From: Bacteroidales bacterium | GTDB lineage: Bacteria > Bacteroidota > Bacteroidia > Bacteroidales > UBA3824 | DNA: 64,000 nucleotides | Direction: 5' to 3' | NCBI GenBank assembly: GCA_024401025.1 | Contig: JAKSLV010000004.1 | Coordinates: forward strand, 23-64,022 | In this document: positions 47,435-56,547 of the stretch, piece after piece | Layout: every line of letters begins with the position of its first letter | How positions within the stretch are numbered: the first letter of the stretch is position 1 | Notes under the pieces: generated by a model | Told to the model about the DNA's origin: nothing | Databases searched by the model: none | Seen by the model: the letters and a program-made list of their open reading frames with translations, nothing else | Position numbers and translations under genes: made by a program

Positions 47435-48499
47435 ATGGAAATCAAGAATCATAGAGTAGTGGGCGTGGATTTTGTGGAGGCTGCGGCATACACCAAGACC
47501 GGCACAATCACCCCAGACGCAATCATCATCCATTACACGGCAGGCAACAGCGGAGCCGCCACAGTACGACTCTTTGCAGCCAAAACAGCCCAGGTATCAG
47601 CCCACTTCGTAGTGCACGAGGACGGCAAGATTACCCAGATGGTGGATATGAACAAGAAGGCATGGCACGCCGGAAAATCCAGCTACAACGGACGCTCCGG
47701 ATACAACAGCCTTTCCATCGGCATCGAGATATCCAACCCCGGATACCTCCAGAAAATCGACGGCAAATACTACACATGGTGGGAGGCCAAGAAAACATCC
47801 GGCCGCATAGCCACACCAGAGAGCATGGTATACACCGGCAAGCACCGCAATGCCGTTACCAAGATGACATACTGGCAGAAATACACCGACGCCCAGCTTA
47901 AGGCTGTAAAGGAGCTGTGCCAGGCCATCTGCAAGGCATACAACATCATAGAGATACTTGGACACGAGGAAATCCTGCCAGGTCAGAAGTGCGACCCGGG
48001 TCCAGCATTCCCTCTCGACGCCATGAGAAACGAGCTGCTGGCCAAGAGCGGCAAGGTAAACCTCAACGAGCTGTTTGCCAACGCTGTAAGCCAGTCGGCA
48101 GCATCGTCGCTCGTGATAGGCAAAACCACTGTTAAGCTCAACTTCCGTCAGGCGCCAAAAACCACCGCGCCACTCAAGAGCAACCCAATGGCCGCCGGCA
48201 CATACATCTACATCATCGGCGAGGACAGCACCAAGGAATGGTACAACATCCTCCACGAGATCACCGGCTGGATCGACAAGCAGTACATCACTCAGGATAC
48301 ATCGGATTCCGACTACGACGGCATCCTTAATTCCGACAACGCCATGATATACAGCGACGAGAAGAAAACCCGCCGCATGGTTTCGGACCTGAAGACAGGC
48401 ACCAAATTCAACCTTCTGGAGCAGCAGGAAAACATGTTCCGCATCAAGGCTGTAGTAGAAGGCTGGGCTTGCGCCAAGTACATCAAGAAAGAAAGTTAG
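47435..48499 (+). CDS. N-acetylmuramoyl-L-alanine amidase (Amidase_2/AmpD fold) with two C-terminal SH3b-like domains
   Basis: IIIHYTAG, AWHAGKSSYNG, GHEEILPGQKCDPGPAFP. Two ~65-aa repeats (VKLNFRQAP...WYNILHE...GWI and ...FNLLEQQENMFRIK...GWA). Confidence 0.8.
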   Translation: MEIKNHRVVGVDFVEAAAYTKTGTITPDAIIIHYTAGNSGAATVRLFAAKTAQVSAHFVVHEDGKITQMVDMNKKAWHAGKSSYNGRSGYNSLSIGIEISNPGYLQKIDGKYYTWWEAKKTSGRIATPESMVYTGKHRNAVTKMTYWQKYTDAQLKAVKELCQAICKAYNIIEILGHEEILPGQKCDPGPAFPLDAMRNELLAKSGKVNLNELFANAVSQSAASSLVIGKTTVKLNFRQAPKTTAPLKSNPMAAGTYIYIIGEDSTKEWYNILHEITGWIDKQYITQDTSDSDYDGILNSDNAMIYSDEKKTRRMVSDLKTGTKFNLLEQQENMFRIKAVVEGWACAKYIKKES

Positions 48500-48525
48500 T
48501 GTGTTAATAATTTATATCGAAAGGG

Positions 48526-48560
48526 AAAGCGGCGGCTCTGGATTTTCGGGCCGCCGCTTT
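48526..48560. terminator. bidirectional terminator hairpin
   Basis: aaagcggcggc / gccgccgcttt with a 13-nt loop. The right arm abuts the stop of the convergent gene. Confidence 0.65.
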
Positions 48561-49093
48561 TATTCTTTAATCACAATATCCATCAAAACATCGTGCGGCT
48601 CTGATGGAACCTGGTCCAGATACTGGAAACCGAAACATACGCCCATCCTTACGGCATTCCTAAGCCGGGGCAGCAGGCGGTCATAATAACCCTTGCCGCG
48701 GCCAAGCCGGTGGTTTTGGGCATCAAATCCCATCCCGGGAATTATGGCCAGACGTATGTCATCATAATCCGCAAACAGCTCACCTGTAGGCTCTTGAATA
48801 CCAAACGCACCCTCAGCCATGGCATCAGGCCTGTAGATGCGCAGCTCCAGATCGTCGCCCACCACCACGGGCAGCAGCACCTTTTTCCCAAGCTGATACG
48901 CCTCATCTATCAGCGGCCTTACATCCACCTCGTCGGGCAGGGGATGGTATAGCAGCAGAGTATCAGCCCCCTGATACCTGCCATCATGGCTGATGCTGCC
49001 ACATATAGCGGCCGACATGGCTGCAAGCTCCCCGGGCTGATGCTGCTTTTTCATGTTCCGCACATAGCTGCGGAGCTCGTTCTTCCCCATCAT
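48560..49093 (-). CDS. 5-formyltetrahydrofolate cyclo-ligase
   Basis: IIPGMGFDAQNHRLGRGKGYYDRLL motif, 177 aa. Confidence 0.85.
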   Translation of the reverse strand: MMGKNELRSYVRNMKKQHQPGELAAMSAAICGSISHDGRYQGADTLLLYHPLPDEVDVRPLIDEAYQLGKKVLLPVVVGDDLELRIYRPDAMAEGAFGIQEPTGELFADYDDIRLAIIPGMGFDAQNHRLGRGKGYYDRLLPRLRNAVRMGVCFGFQYLDQVPSEPHDVLMDIVIKE

Positions 49094-49347
49094 GGCACCA
49101 GCGTGTTGATGCCAATCTCGTAGATATCAGCATTAAGTTTCTCGCAAACCTCGAAAGCCTCGTCCATGAGCCTGTCGAACAACTCGCACTCCTCTGGAGG
49201 AAATACAGGATTCTGGGTATCAGCATCCAGATAATTAGCAAACACCATATCGGGCTGCAGAGGGATGTTGCGCTCCCTTACCAGATACTTGAAAAACGCC
49301 TTTACGTCCTTTACCGACGTGATATGTGATTGTGCAGTGTAACTCAT
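49090..49347 (-). CDS. hypothetical 85-aa protein, translationally coupled to the cyclo-ligase (ATGA overlap)
   Basis: ATG start and a 4-nt overlap with the downstream gene. Codon usage resembles its neighbours. No recognised family. Confidence 0.45.
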   Translation of the reverse strand: MSYTAQSHITSVKDVKAFFKYLVRERNIPLQPDMVFANYLDADTQNPVFPPEECELFDRLMDEAFEVCEKLNADIYEIGINTLVP

Positions 49348-49423
49348 CTATGTATATTTATAATTTTTGCCAAAGTTATAAATATTTTTTCACCAAAAAG
49401 TCAGATTTGTCAAAAATTATCCT

Positions 49424-49431
49424 TATTTTTG
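49424..49431 (+). promoter_or_regulatory. candidate -7 promoter box (TAnnTTTG) for ffh
   Basis: tatttttg, 38 nt upstream of the ffh ATG. A TTTG lies at 49406-49409. Confidence 0.35.
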
Positions 49432-49468
49432 CAACATTGTAATAACCATATCCAAATAGATAGAAAAA

Positions 49469-50803
49469 ATGTTTGAAAGTTTATCCGAGAAACTCGAACA
49501 GTCGTTCAAAAAAATCAAGGGCGACGGCAAACTTACCGAAATCAACGTCGTAGAGGCATTGAAGGAAGTACGCAGAGCATTGCTCGACGCCGACGTCAAC
49601 TACAATATAGTAAAGGAATTCACCAACAAGGTGAAAGAGAAAGCCCTCGGTACCGAGGTGGTAGGCGAGCTGAAGCCAAACCAGCTGATGATAAAGCTTG
49701 TACACGACGAGCTTATCACCCTCATGGGTACCAGCGAGACCGAGGTAAACCTTAAGGCCAATCCAGCCATCATCCTCATAGCCGGTCTCCAGGGTTCTGG
49801 TAAGACCACATTCACCGGCAAGTTTGCCAACTTCATCAAGAAAAACAAGGCCAAGAAGCCATTGCTGGTGGCTGGCGACGTATACCGTCCTGCCGCTATC
49901 GACCAGCTGAAGGTGTTGGCCGAGCAAATCCAGGTGCCAGTATACACCGAGGAGGGCAACAAGAACCCAGTAGCCATAGCCAAGGCCGCCATCAAGCAGG
50001 CCAAGGAAAACGGCAACGACGTGGTAATCATCGATACAGCTGGACGTCCGGCCGCAGACGAGGAGATGATGCACGAGATCTCGAACATCACGAACGAGAC
50101 CAATCCTACCGAGATCCTCTTCGTTGTGGACTCAATGACAGGTCAGGACGCCGTAAACACAGCCAAGGCCTTCAACGACCGCCTCAACTTCGACGGCGTG
50201 GTGCTCACAAAGCTCGATGGTGATACACGTGGAGGAGCAGCACTCTCTATCCGCTACGTTGTCGACAAGCCTATCAAGTTTGTGTCGACAGGTGAGAAAC
50301 TCGACGCTCTCGACATATTCTATCCTGCCCGTATGGCCGACCGTATCCTCGGCATGGGTGATATCGTATCTCTGGCAGAGCGACTCCAGGCCCAGTACGA
50401 CGAGGAGGAGGCCAAGAAACTCCAGAAGAAGATCCTGAAAGACCAGTTCAACTTCAACGACTTCCTGGCTCAGATACAGCAGATAAAGAAGATGGGTAAC
50501 CTGAAGGACCTGGCATCAATGATACCTGGCGTGGGCAAGGCCATCAAAAACCTCGACATCAGCGACGACGCATTCAAGGAGATAGAGGCCATCATCATGA
50601 GTATGACCCCATACGAGCGCGAGCATCCCGAGATAATCAACGGAAGCCGCCGACGCAGAATTGCCGACGGATCGGGCAGCAACGTATCAGTGGTGAACCG
50701 ACTCCTGAAACAGTTTGAGGAAACACGCAAGCTCATGAAGATGATGAGCGGCGGCGGCGCACGTCGCCTCGCCAGCATGATGGGCAATATGAGAAGAAGA
50801 TAA
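49469..50803 (+). CDS. ffh: signal recognition particle protein
   Basis: GLQGSGKTT, DTAGR, TKLDGDTRGGAALS, Met-rich M-domain. Confidence 0.95.
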   Translation: MFESLSEKLEQSFKKIKGDGKLTEINVVEALKEVRRALLDADVNYNIVKEFTNKVKEKALGTEVVGELKPNQLMIKLVHDELITLMGTSETEVNLKANPAIILIAGLQGSGKTTFTGKFANFIKKNKAKKPLLVAGDVYRPAAIDQLKVLAEQIQVPVYTEEGNKNPVAIAKAAIKQAKENGNDVVIIDTAGRPAADEEMMHEISNITNETNPTEILFVVDSMTGQDAVNTAKAFNDRLNFDGVVLTKLDGDTRGGAALSIRYVVDKPIKFVSTGEKLDALDIFYPARMADRILGMGDIVSLAERLQAQYDEEEAKKLQKKILKDQFNFNDFLAQIQQIKKMGNLKDLASMIPGVGKAIKNLDISDDAFKEIEAIIMSMTPYEREHPEIINGSRRRRIADGSGSNVSVVNRLLKQFEETRKLMKMMSGGGARRLASMMGNMRRR

Positions 50804-50808
50804 TTCCA

Positions 50809-50918
50809 TTTTTGATTTTTGATTTTAAATTTTTGATTTGCGTTAAATGATGCGCATATTCCGAATCACAAATTCGTAAAAACAGACCAATTAAAAATTT
50901 AAAATCAAAAATCAGAAA
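50809..50918. repeat. AT-rich 22-bp perfect inverted repeat (about 26 bp with extensions) between ffh and folD
   Basis: tgatttttgattttaaattttt (50813-50834) pairs with aaaaatttaaaatcaaaaatca (50893-50914). The spacer is 58 nt. Each arm contains reiterated TTTTGAT / ATCAAAA units. Confidence 0.8.
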
Positions 50919-50955
50919 ATGCAGGTAATCAAAAATTAAAAATCGAAAATCAAAA

Positions 50956-51828
50956 ATGCAGTTAATCGACGGAAAGAAAACCTCGGCAGAAATCAAACAG
51001 GAGATTGCCGACGAGGTAAAGAATATGGTGGCAGCCGGCAAGAAGGCTCCACTTCTGGCCGCTGTATTGGTGGGCCACGATGGCGGCAGCGAGACATACG
51101 TTGCCCACAAGGTAAAATCATGCGAGGAGGTAGGTTTTGGATCTCGCCTCATCCGTTTCGAGGACGACATCACCGAGGAGCAGCTCCTGAAGACTGTTGA
51201 CGAGCTCAACAACGATCCCGAGGTGGACGGCTTTATCGTGCAGCTTCCATTGCCAAAGCACATCAACGAGCAGAAAATCATCGAGGCCATCAACCCCGAG
51301 AAGGATGTTGACGGTTTCCACCCAACCAACCTCGGCAAGCTTGTGGCCGGTCTCGACACTTTCGTATCAGCCACTCCAATGGGCATCGTTGACCTCATCA
51401 AGAGATACAAGATAGAGACAGCAGGCAAGCACTGCGTAATCATAGGCCGCAGCAACATCGTGGGCCGTCCTCTCAGCATCCTGATGAGCCAGAAGGGCAT
51501 CGACGCCACAGTAACAGTATGCCACTCACGCACCGAGAACCTCAAGGAAATCTGCAAGAGCGCCGATATCATCGTGGCAGCTCTCGGACGTCCGGGCTTC
51601 GTAACCGCCGATATGGTGAAGGAAGGCGCAGCCATCATCGACGTGGGCACCACACGCGTAAAGAGCGATCAGACCAAGTCGGGCTGGAAACTAAAGGGCG
51701 ACGTGGATTTCGACAACGTGGCTCCTCTCTGCTCATACATCACTCCAGTGCCAGGCGGCGTAGGTCCTATGACAATATGCTCGCTCATGAAAAACACTCT
51801 TAAGGCTGGCAAGCAGCGCAAGAAGTAA
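50956..51828 (+). CDS. folD: bifunctional methylene-THF dehydrogenase / methenyl-THF cyclohydrolase
   Basis: [30 protein letters not shown]. Confidence 0.95.
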   Translation: MQLIDGKKTSAEIKQEIADEVKNMVAAGKKAPLLAAVLVGHDGGSETYVAHKVKSCEEVGFGSRLIRFEDDITEEQLLKTVDELNNDPEVDGFIVQLPLPKHINEQKIIEAINPEKDVDGFHPTNLGKLVAGLDTFVSATPMGIVDLIKRYKIETAGKHCVIIGRSNIVGRPLSILMSQKGIDATVTVCHSRTENLKEICKSADIIVAALGRPGFVTADMVKEGAAIIDVGTTRVKSDQTKSGWKLKGDVDFDNVAPLCSYITPVPGGVGPMTICSLMKNTLKAGKQRKK

Positions 51829-51864
51829 TGGCAGAAGCGTCAGTAAGATAAAAAAATAAAACAA

Positions 51865-51903
51865 GAAAGCCGCTTGGTGAGCATCCACTCCCAAGCGGCT
51901 TTC
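51865..51903. terminator. bidirectional terminator hairpin
   Basis: gaaagccgcttgg / ccaagcggctttc: 13-bp stem, 13-nt loop, between convergent genes. Confidence 0.65.
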
Positions 51904-51927
51904 ATATTTCTTCATATTGCCCTGAGG

Positions 51928-52446
51928 CTACCTCTCCGGATATCGGGCATGCTTTCCCAGAGAATCTTTCTTTATGATATACTCGTCCTTTACAAACTGG
52001 CGCATCTCATTCTTGCGGTGCTCAATGATGGAATTCACCGACGACTGCATATTTTCGAGCTGAATCTTTGTCTTGCTGATACCCTGCTCCATGCGGCGGC
52101 GAATCTCGTTGAGGTCGGCATTCTCGCCCTTAAGCTCCATCAGCACCATCTCCATCTCTATGGTGTTGTTTTTAAGCGTGGCTAGCTCCAGCATCAATTC
52201 TTGAAGTTTCTTCTCCAGATTGCTGTTGGCAATGCCCTGCAAATAATAGTTCTGATGCGACTTTTCGAGAAGTTTCTCGTATTCGGCAATCATCTTGTTG
52301 TGCTGATACCTGTAATAAAACGCGAAGCCCGTGGCCAGCAACAGCAGCAGCACTATTGCCACAATGGCTATGGCCGCCCACACCCTGGCGCGGCGGCTCA
52401 TCTTCTTGTAATACTCGTCGATATTTTCCGAAAACCTGTAAAACAT
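51928..52446 (-). CDS. hypothetical single-pass membrane protein with coiled-coil
   Basis: MSRRARVWAAIAIVAIVLLLLLATGFAFYY TM, then a heptad-rich region. The track start (52476) is TTG. ATGs lie at 52446 and 52401. Abuts the dipeptidase stop. Confidence 0.5.
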   Translation of the reverse strand: MFYRFSENIDEYYKKMSRRARVWAAIAIVAIVLLLLLATGFAFYYRYQHNKMIAEYEKLLEKSHQNYYLQGIANSNLEKKLQELMLELATLKNNTIEMEMVLMELKGENADLNEIRRRMEQGISKTKIQLENMQSSVNSIIEHRKNEMRQFVKDEYIIKKDSLGKHARYPER

Positions 52447-52476
52447 ATCAATAAATGTATATTTGATGAAAAACAA

Positions 52477-53613
52477 TTAAAGATCCAGATATTCCTTTGG
52501 GATAAAGTTGCTAAGCTGGAAACTGCGCGCCGTAGTGTGCGAGAAATGCCACCATTCCGACGTAATGGCCTTGAAATGGAACTTGGTGATATTGTCGCTG
52601 AGGAGCTTGCGGTTTTTCTGAGCCTGTGCCGATATCGTGGTGCATGAAGGGTAAGCCTCAGGACCAAAAAAATCGAAATCGGTGCCCATGTCCAGATCGT
52701 TGCCATCGGCATCCACCAGAGTGATGTCGGCAGCCCCTCCCCTGTTGTGGATGCTTCCAGTGTTGGGATTTGCCACAAACCTGGCATCAGGCACTATCTC
52801 CCACATCTTGTACTGCACATCCCTGGGGCGGTAGGTGTCGAAAACCTTTATCCTGAAACCCATATCGGCGAAATGGCGCGCCGCATCCAGAAAATCCCTG
52901 GCCGCCACATACCTCATCCAGGCAATGGGCTCGGGATACAGCCTTGCGTGCGCAAAATTGTTGTCGGTATTGTAGCGGATGTCGAACAGCAGCAAGTGGC
53001 TGAAATTCTTCAGGTTTATGAAATCCATCTCCAGACCGTCGTAATACATGTCGACCCCCAGGCCCGGCACCGTAATCTGCTGACCATTGAGGTAGAAACT
53101 GGCATCGCGGCCCTCCATCAGCGAGTCGGACGCCTCCGATACGTGCAGCTTGCGCTTAAGGTTCTCATCCTCGTAGAGGTGTCCGCGGACCCACTCGTTG
53201 CTGCCCTTGGTAATGTAGACATCGCCTTGCGCCGAAATCCTTATGGAGAAACTGGCGCTTGGCGTTACGTAGCGCACTGTGCGGTTCAGCAGCGATCCGT
53301 CCATCTTGCCGGCATACAGGCGCTGAAAATCTGCGCTGAAGGCAGTGTCGCCTTTTGCCTGTGGCTGAGGCGGCTCTATCTCTATAACGTATGGCACGGT
53401 GTCGCGGTAAAACTCATGACGCACAGCAGGACCGTTTACCGGCGTGTGGATGTTCACATGTATGTGAGTATCAACATTCTGATACAAGGCCTCCTGATGC
53501 GGGGCCACAGTGTCGGCGGGCTGCTGCGCCTGGGCGGAATCCACGCTGGGAGAGCCGGAGCACGACCACAGCCACAATGCAACCATGGAAAACAAAGAAG
53601 CAAAAGCTTTCAT
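52477..53613 (-). CDS. M15-family D-alanyl-D-alanine dipeptidase (VanX/DdpX-like) with an extra ~170-aa N-terminal domain, lipoprotein-like
   Basis: SIHNRGGAADITL and EWWHF zinc/catalytic motifs, DIRYNTDNNF, VFDTYRP. N-terminus MKAFASLFSMVALWLWSCSG. Confidence 0.75.
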   Translation of the reverse strand: MKAFASLFSMVALWLWSCSGSPSVDSAQAQQPADTVAPHQEALYQNVDTHIHVNIHTPVNGPAVRHEFYRDTVPYVIEIEPPQPQAKGDTAFSADFQRLYAGKMDGSLLNRTVRYVTPSASFSIRISAQGDVYITKGSNEWVRGHLYEDENLKRKLHVSEASDSLMEGRDASFYLNGQQITVPGLGVDMYYDGLEMDFINLKNFSHLLLFDIRYNTDNNFAHARLYPEPIAWMRYVAARDFLDAARHFADMGFRIKVFDTYRPRDVQYKMWEIVPDARFVANPNTGSIHNRGGAADITLVDADGNDLDMGTDFDFFGPEAYPSCTTISAQAQKNRKLLSDNITKFHFKAITSEWWHFSHTTARSFQLSNFIPKEYLDL

Positions 53614-53620
53614 CTATACC

Positions 53621-53664
53621 CAAAAAAACACAAGCCCTGGCGGTTTTGTCCACCGCAGGGCTTG
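53621..53664 (-). terminator. rho-independent terminator between pspA-like gene and the dipeptidase
   Basis: caagccctg(g)cgg / ccgcagggcttg: 12-bp stem with one bulge, followed on the - strand by a T-run (rc of caaaaaaaca). Confidence 0.6.
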
Positions 53665-53710
53665 CCAAATAATCATTATATAATCAAAAAAAATCCTCAG
53701 AGTTATTTTT

Positions 53711-54577
53711 TTACTCCATAGGAGCCTGATCGGCCTGCTGCATAGGTCTGTCGGCCTGCTGCTCAGCCTCTACGGTCTGCTTGTCGGCCATCTGCTGCTT
53801 AAGAAGGTCCAGGTCAGAAACCGAGCTTGCGCTAATGGCCTTGGCCTCCTCCACCTGCGATGCAATAGCCTTGGTCTCGCTCATCTTTGCCTTAAGGGCA
53901 GCAAGATCGCTGCTGGCCTCCACGCTACCGCCCAGAGCCTGCAAAGCGCTGTCGATGTCGCGGTCGGCGCCCTGAGTCTGCTCTGCAATCTCGAGATAAG
54001 AATCAGCGAGAGCCTCCTGCTGGTCTACCTTCTCCTTCATGCGCTCCAGCATAGAGATGGTGTCGGTAGAATCTATGCCAGCCAACTGCTTGTTTACATT
54101 GGCAGTGGCCTCGCTCACCTTTGCGCGGGCCTTGAGCATCTTGGCCTCGTTTTTCCACTTGTCGATCTGAGCCTTGAGAGATTTCACCGAGCCTTCCAGC
54201 TTCTCAACAGCAGCCTGATACTTCTCATAGTTTTTCTGAAGCATTGGAAGCTCCTGGTTTTTCTGGCTCTTCTTCTCAAGACACTGAGTAGCCATCCTGT
54301 CGGCCTCGTCCTGGCTCATCTTGCCCATCTCTGCAGCCTTAAGGAATGTCATGGCCTTGTTCTCGTAGTCAACAGCCTCCTGACGAGCCTTGTCGAGCTC
54401 TCTCTTGGCAGTTATGCTGCTGGCCTTTACGCTAGCCAGCGCCTTGATACTCTTATCGAGGTCCTGCTCCAAATCCCTGATACCCTGATCGGCCATCTTG
54501 ATTGGATCCTCGAGGCTTTCCATGGCGCTATTGGCCTCCGACTTGCCCCAAGTGAATAGTCTTGAAAAAAATCCCAT
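53711..54577 (-). CDS. pspA: PspA/IM30-family membrane-stress protein
   Basis: MGFFSRLFTWGKSEANSAMESLEDPIKMADQGIRDLEQDL N-terminus, then a long coiled coil. 288 aa with an acidic Gln/Ala-rich tail. Confidence 0.85.
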   Translation of the reverse strand: MGFFSRLFTWGKSEANSAMESLEDPIKMADQGIRDLEQDLDKSIKALASVKASSITAKRELDKARQEAVDYENKAMTFLKAAEMGKMSQDEADRMATQCLEKKSQKNQELPMLQKNYEKYQAAVEKLEGSVKSLKAQIDKWKNEAKMLKARAKVSEATANVNKQLAGIDSTDTISMLERMKEKVDQQEALADSYLEIAEQTQGADRDIDSALQALGGSVEASSDLAALKAKMSETKAIASQVEEAKAISASSVSDLDLLKQQMADKQTVEAEQQADRPMQQADQAPME

Positions 54578-54596
54578 ATCGTTTGTGTTTTTTTAT

Positions 54597-54604
54597 TATT
54601 TTTG
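54597..54604 (+). promoter_or_regulatory. candidate -7 promoter box (TAnnTTTG) for the XRE regulator
   Basis: tatttttg, 45 nt upstream of ATG 54649, in the 71-nt divergent spacer shared with pspA. Confidence 0.3.
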
Positions 54605-54648
54605 CGTGGTCAAATATAGGGTTAATTTTTTATTAAATCAAATTTTTT

Positions 54649-55248
54649 ATGTCTTTTTTTGGTCAGAATATAAGATTTTTGCGCAACAGGGCTCAGCTTA
54701 GCCAGACGGCCTTTGCCGAGATATTCAACCTGAAGCGCGCAGCCGTGGGCGCCTACGAGGAAGAGCGGGCAGAGCCCAAGGTGGAGGTTTTCGTGCAGAT
54801 AGCGCGTCATTTCGGCATTCCGGTGGAGGATCTCATCTGCCGAAACCTCCAGAAGGAGGAGTGCGCCCCTCAGGCCGGCATCAGCGGCATCAGGCTGGTA
54901 AGGCAGGGCCGCATGGCCGAATTTGCGCAGAGCCAGATGCGCGGCGATGCCTTTGCCGGATACGAGTATCTGCACATTCCCGTGGCCGAGAGCGGTCTGC
55001 TGGCGCTGGAATATCAGGGCAGCATCCTGATAGTGCGCCCACAGGATGGCAGCGGAGAACAGAGCGCCAACACCCTGATACTCGGCCTGGGCGGCATAGA
55101 GCTGGCCGCAGCATCAGCCATTGGCCAAGGCATCAGGCAATACGAGGTATTATATATAATAAAGCGTTTTGATGCGCAGGACCGCACTGAGGCCATGCTG
55201 GGCGCCATAGCGCGAAAGCTGGACGCCATGCAGCGGCCATCTATTTAA
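54649..55248 (+). CDS. XRE-family helix-turn-helix transcriptional regulator
   Basis: IRFLRNRAQLSQTAFAEIFNLKRAAVGAYEEERAEPKVEVFVQIARHFGIPVEDL HTH_3. The ~120-aa C-terminal domain is unassigned. Confidence 0.75.
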   Translation: MSFFGQNIRFLRNRAQLSQTAFAEIFNLKRAAVGAYEEERAEPKVEVFVQIARHFGIPVEDLICRNLQKEECAPQAGISGIRLVRQGRMAEFAQSQMRGDAFAGYEYLHIPVAESGLLALEYQGSILIVRPQDGSGEQSANTLILGLGGIELAAASAIGQGIRQYEVLYIIKRFDAQDRTEAMLGAIARKLDAMQRPSI

Positions 55249-56239
55249 CGTAGAGGAGGTTGCATCCGCGGGTGTCGCTGTTGTCGAAACGGCCAAGAAC
55301 CTTGAATGTACCATCCAAGTACTTGATGCCCAGGTCCTTGGTTTCCACAAAGGCGCAGGAATATATGTTGGCCAGGTCCACCACGTTGATGCCGCCCGTA
55401 ACGCCGGGAGCCACGTAGCGCAGCGGATCGGTGGTGTCGCGTATCAGGATGCGCATTGTGGAGGTTTCGCGGTATAGGCCCAGCCCGTCGCTGTAGGCCT
55501 GCGACAGCAGCTCGGTCATTCCGTATTCGGAGTGTATGCGGCTCACGCCCAGGCCATTGCAGAGAATCTGGTGGACCTCGTCGCGCACCAGCTCCTTGCG
55601 ACGGCCTTTCATTCCGCCAGTCTCCATTATTATCACGCGGTTGCCGTATTTTTGCTGATGCTTCTCGGCAAAATCCAGCAGCGCAAACGTTACGCCTATC
55701 AGCAGTATTTTTTTGGCTGATGCTTCCATTAGATGGTCGATCCTGCGGCTCATGGCCTCAAAATCATACAGATAGAATCCGTCGGTGCCGTTGCCTGATG
55801 CTTCCATGAATTTCTCCACCATGGTAACTAGCGAGCTTCCGGTGCGCTCCAGATACGCCGGCAGCAGGGCCAGCACATGGTATTGCCTGATGCTTCCGTA
55901 AAACTGTTCGAACCCCTCCAGCAGCGATCTGTAGTAAATATCGGGGTCCTTCACGTAGTGGCGGCTGGTGTTGGCGCCGGTGGTGCCGCTGGATGTAAAA
56001 GTGAGGGCCTCATCGAAACAGGTGGTCTTTACGGTAAAATTCTTGAAAAACTCCACCGGCATGAAGGGAATCTGCTCCACAGAGCCCACCCCTGCCCTAT
56101 CCACGCCCAGGAAATCCACGTAGCGGCGGTACACATCATTATTATCATACTGATACTGAAACAATTGCACAGCCACCTCGTTGAAATCGCCGCAGGTGGC
56201 AATCTCGAAAATGCGTTTCTCGAAAAATTTTCCGTCCAT
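55241..56239 (-). CDS. LuxE-like acyl-protein synthetase / adenylate-forming acyltransferase family protein
   Basis: FTSSGTTG AMP-binding-type motif, METGGMKGRR, YGMTE. 332 aa. Confidence 0.6.
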   Translation of the reverse strand: MDGKFFEKRIFEIATCGDFNEVAVQLFQYQYDNNDVYRRYVDFLGVDRAGVGSVEQIPFMPVEFFKNFTVKTTCFDEALTFTSSGTTGANTSRHYVKDPDIYYRSLLEGFEQFYGSIRQYHVLALLPAYLERTGSSLVTMVEKFMEASGNGTDGFYLYDFEAMSRRIDHLMEASAKKILLIGVTFALLDFAEKHQQKYGNRVIIMETGGMKGRRKELVRDEVHQILCNGLGVSRIHSEYGMTELLSQAYSDGLGLYRETSTMRILIRDTTDPLRYVAPGVTGGINVVDLANIYSCAFVETKDLGIKYLDGTFKVLGRFDNSDTRGCNLLYVK

Positions 56240-56547
56240 TTTTTTTTAGAAAAAAATTATGTTTTTTACGTGAGTTCTACGAATTGTTTTTAATAATCGT
56301 GCCAGAATCCGGGCGCAAAGGTAGTCTTTTATCCTGAAAAAAACAGCAAAAAATGGGTCAAAATGTCCATTATTGTCATTTTGTCAGCATTAAAAATTAT
56401 AAAATATGCCATAATGACATATTTTAGCATCAAAAACGGCTGTTTTTGGCCTTGGCATCAAGATTGATAGTATCAGGGTGCAGGCCGGCAGCAATGCGGC
56501 ACGCAAGAAAATAATCATAAATGTCCAACAAATAAAAATTTACAAAA

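Noticed and set aside
50733-51653. 306-aa - strand ORF spanning the ffh-folD spacer and most of folD.
   Set aside because: It is antisense to folD and crosses the AT-rich inverted repeat. The sequence is low complexity with no motifs.
56453-56468. Sigma-54-like promoter TGGCAT-N5-TTGAT upstream of hsp20.
   Set aside because: The conserved -12 GC dinucleotide is absent (TTGA instead of TTGC). This is a weak match only.
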